Position numbers and translations under genes: made by a program. A stretch of DNA of 64,000 nt, taken from positions 53,878,001 through 53,942,000 of the forward strand of contig OX597826.1 of the NCBI GenBank assembly GCA_951406725.2, read 5' to 3'. Under the pieces are notes generated by a model that saw nothing but the letters and a program-made list of their open reading frames with translations, was not told the origin of the DNA and ran no database searches. Below, in pieces: positions 61,981 through 64,000 of the stretch (positions within the stretch are counted from its first letter, which is position 1; every line of letters begins with the position of its first letter). Source of the DNA: Octopus vulgaris (taxonomy: Eukaryota).

Positions 61981-62894
61981 TTATCTGTTATTATGTTTCT
62001 ATCATTGGATTACTAACAAAAATGTTTTAATCATTTTTACTTTTTTCACACTTATTCAAAATATCAAGACATTGATTAAAAATATGATCAGAAATGGGTT
62101 TAACTTCAAAAATTTTAAATGAGAAACTAAGGGTATTTAAATTATGCAGGCTATATATTTAAAACTGAAATTTTCATTATACAATTTTCTTCAGTATTCT
62201 TATGAACTGGGACATAAATTGAATTGCACACTTATACTATTATGTTATTTAAGCTACAATTATTATACTACAAGTGTTGTCAGTAATGACGTCATATCTG
62301 TTTATCATAATTACATGTATTGAAAATTGGTCATAAAATACAACAAAAATATGCAAAATTTGTAAATGGTAATTGTAAACATCAGAATAACAGGAAATTG
62401 ATGTTTGTACAAAATAAAAAGGAGAAGGATAAAACTGCATGCTAAATTTGATCACTGAATAAATACTCCTTTCTTTATTACTAACAATCAACATTTGTCC
62501 ATGCACATTTAAGATTCTCCACTATACACACATATATGTGCATATGTACATATATACATAGAAATGTACATGTATAAAGCATACATACAAACAGTGGTGA
62601 GGAGTTCAAAGAGCTGTTAGAGCATTTGATAGAATGCTTTGTGGGATAGCTTCTACTAAGTTCATAAAGTAACTGAGACATGCTAAGCTGGATCCATCAG
62701 GACTTAAGGGTCCAAGGATCATCATCACCATTTTAATACCCACTTTTCCACGTTTCTACAGACGCCCTCCCTGTTGTCCACCTTTACCAGATAGAGAGCG
62801 AAAGAGAGAGAGAGAGAGAGATTAAACATACATACAAACATAGCAAAATGCTCACATACATAAACAGAGGGAAAGAAAATGAAAGACACATTAA

Positions 62895-63116
62895 CCCTTT
62901 CGTTACCAACCCGGCTGAAACCAGCTCTGGCTGTGTAGTATAAATGTCTTGTTTTCATTAGTTTTTCATTAAAATCTTCCACCAAACCTTAGTCACAATT
63001 TATGTTCCTAATACTAGCTTAATGATAACTAAGTTAATTTACTAAATTCTTTGTTATATTTAAAATAATTGAAAGAAATTTTTGAGCATCTCAAAATAAA
63101 TACAGTAACAAAAGGG
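62895..63116. mobile_element. piggyBac-type MITE
   Basis: TTAA|ccctttcgttac ... gtaacaaaaggg|TTAA. Confidence 0.85.
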
Positions 63117-64000
63117 TTAAGACTTTCGATGTCAAATCAGTGTTGAAACAGTGACGCCAAAATAGGTGGTGCCAAAGTATTCCATATCCCAGAAATAGTG
63201 CCTTTTGGAAGCAATCTTGGACAACTGTATGTAGCTGCAGCAGCATCTTGTTAACCACTGGGCTACCGCAATTTTTTTCTAAATTTATTATTCATGAAAT
63301 TCTCTATAGAAAATTTAACGACATTAACGACACTAATTAATATAAACTTTTCTTTCATTGTTTTAATAGATATTTTTCAGTTTTTCTAAAGATTTCATTG
63401 TTATGCAAGTAATTCACCTACTCCAACTATCTTTCATGTATGGACAAAAATACATCAGAATAAAGAAAAATCAATTTGTTATATATTCATTGATCTCCCA
63501 CCTCAATTAGATATTTTTTTTAGCAAATATCTTTTTTTTTGTCGATCTTCACTTTTTTTTTTTTTTTACCAAACTATGAACAAAATTTTCTATCTTGAAA
63601 ATTAATTTTGTCTGCAATTTATAAATAAACTTAATGTTGTAATTTGCTTTGTTCAAAGCAACGTTTGAACTGAACTACACAAGAATATTATCATAAACTA
63701 GTAAAACATTATAAAAACAAAATATCAGATTTTGTTTCACAGATAACAGATTCAAATTATCCCCAAATCGCAGTTTTGTATACTCAAACAAGAAATGCTA
63801 TTCAACTTACTAGAAGGTAAATACTAAACGCATTTTATAACATATAACCTGGCACCAGAATGATCATCCAACATCATTCAACATCAATATTTTACATCCA
63901 TTTCCTGTGTTGGCATGAGTTAGACTAGTAATCACAATTTGAGTCTATCTTTATTCAAAGCTACTGCCCCTTTAAATGGGTTAGAAGACAATGTGCTGTT

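Noticed and set aside
63811-63848. Upstream minus-strand exon with GTAAGT donor
   Set aside because: Weak acceptor next to an RTE tail remnant; frame compatibility with the 58-kb exon could be chance.

Overview
AT-rich, microsatellite-dense eukaryotic DNA, not prokaryotic. The repeat repertoire (tRNA-headed SINE families, RTE/CR1/Tx1/RLE LINE fossils, mariner/hAT/piggyBac MITEs, Helitrons, Penelope-like remnants) fits an octopus or other coleoid cephalopod genome; this is inferred from recalled repeat families, not from a search. No complete or identifiable host gene is visible. Nearly all listed ORFs are microsatellite or repeat artefacts, and the few with real protein similarity are transposon fossils. 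Several minus-strand exon-like segments suggest the window may lie inside a large spliced transcript (low confidence). Main observations: (1) two SINE-LINE partnerships readable directly in the window, including a SINE tail that matches a Tx1-type LINE 3' end; (2) five hammerhead-ribozyme-like motifs in Penelope-like remnants; (3) a fixed-junction dimeric SINE; (4) a pre-miRNA-shaped hairpin; (5) many long inverted repeats that are potential dsRNA/ADAR substrates, including a recent complex duplication-inversion.
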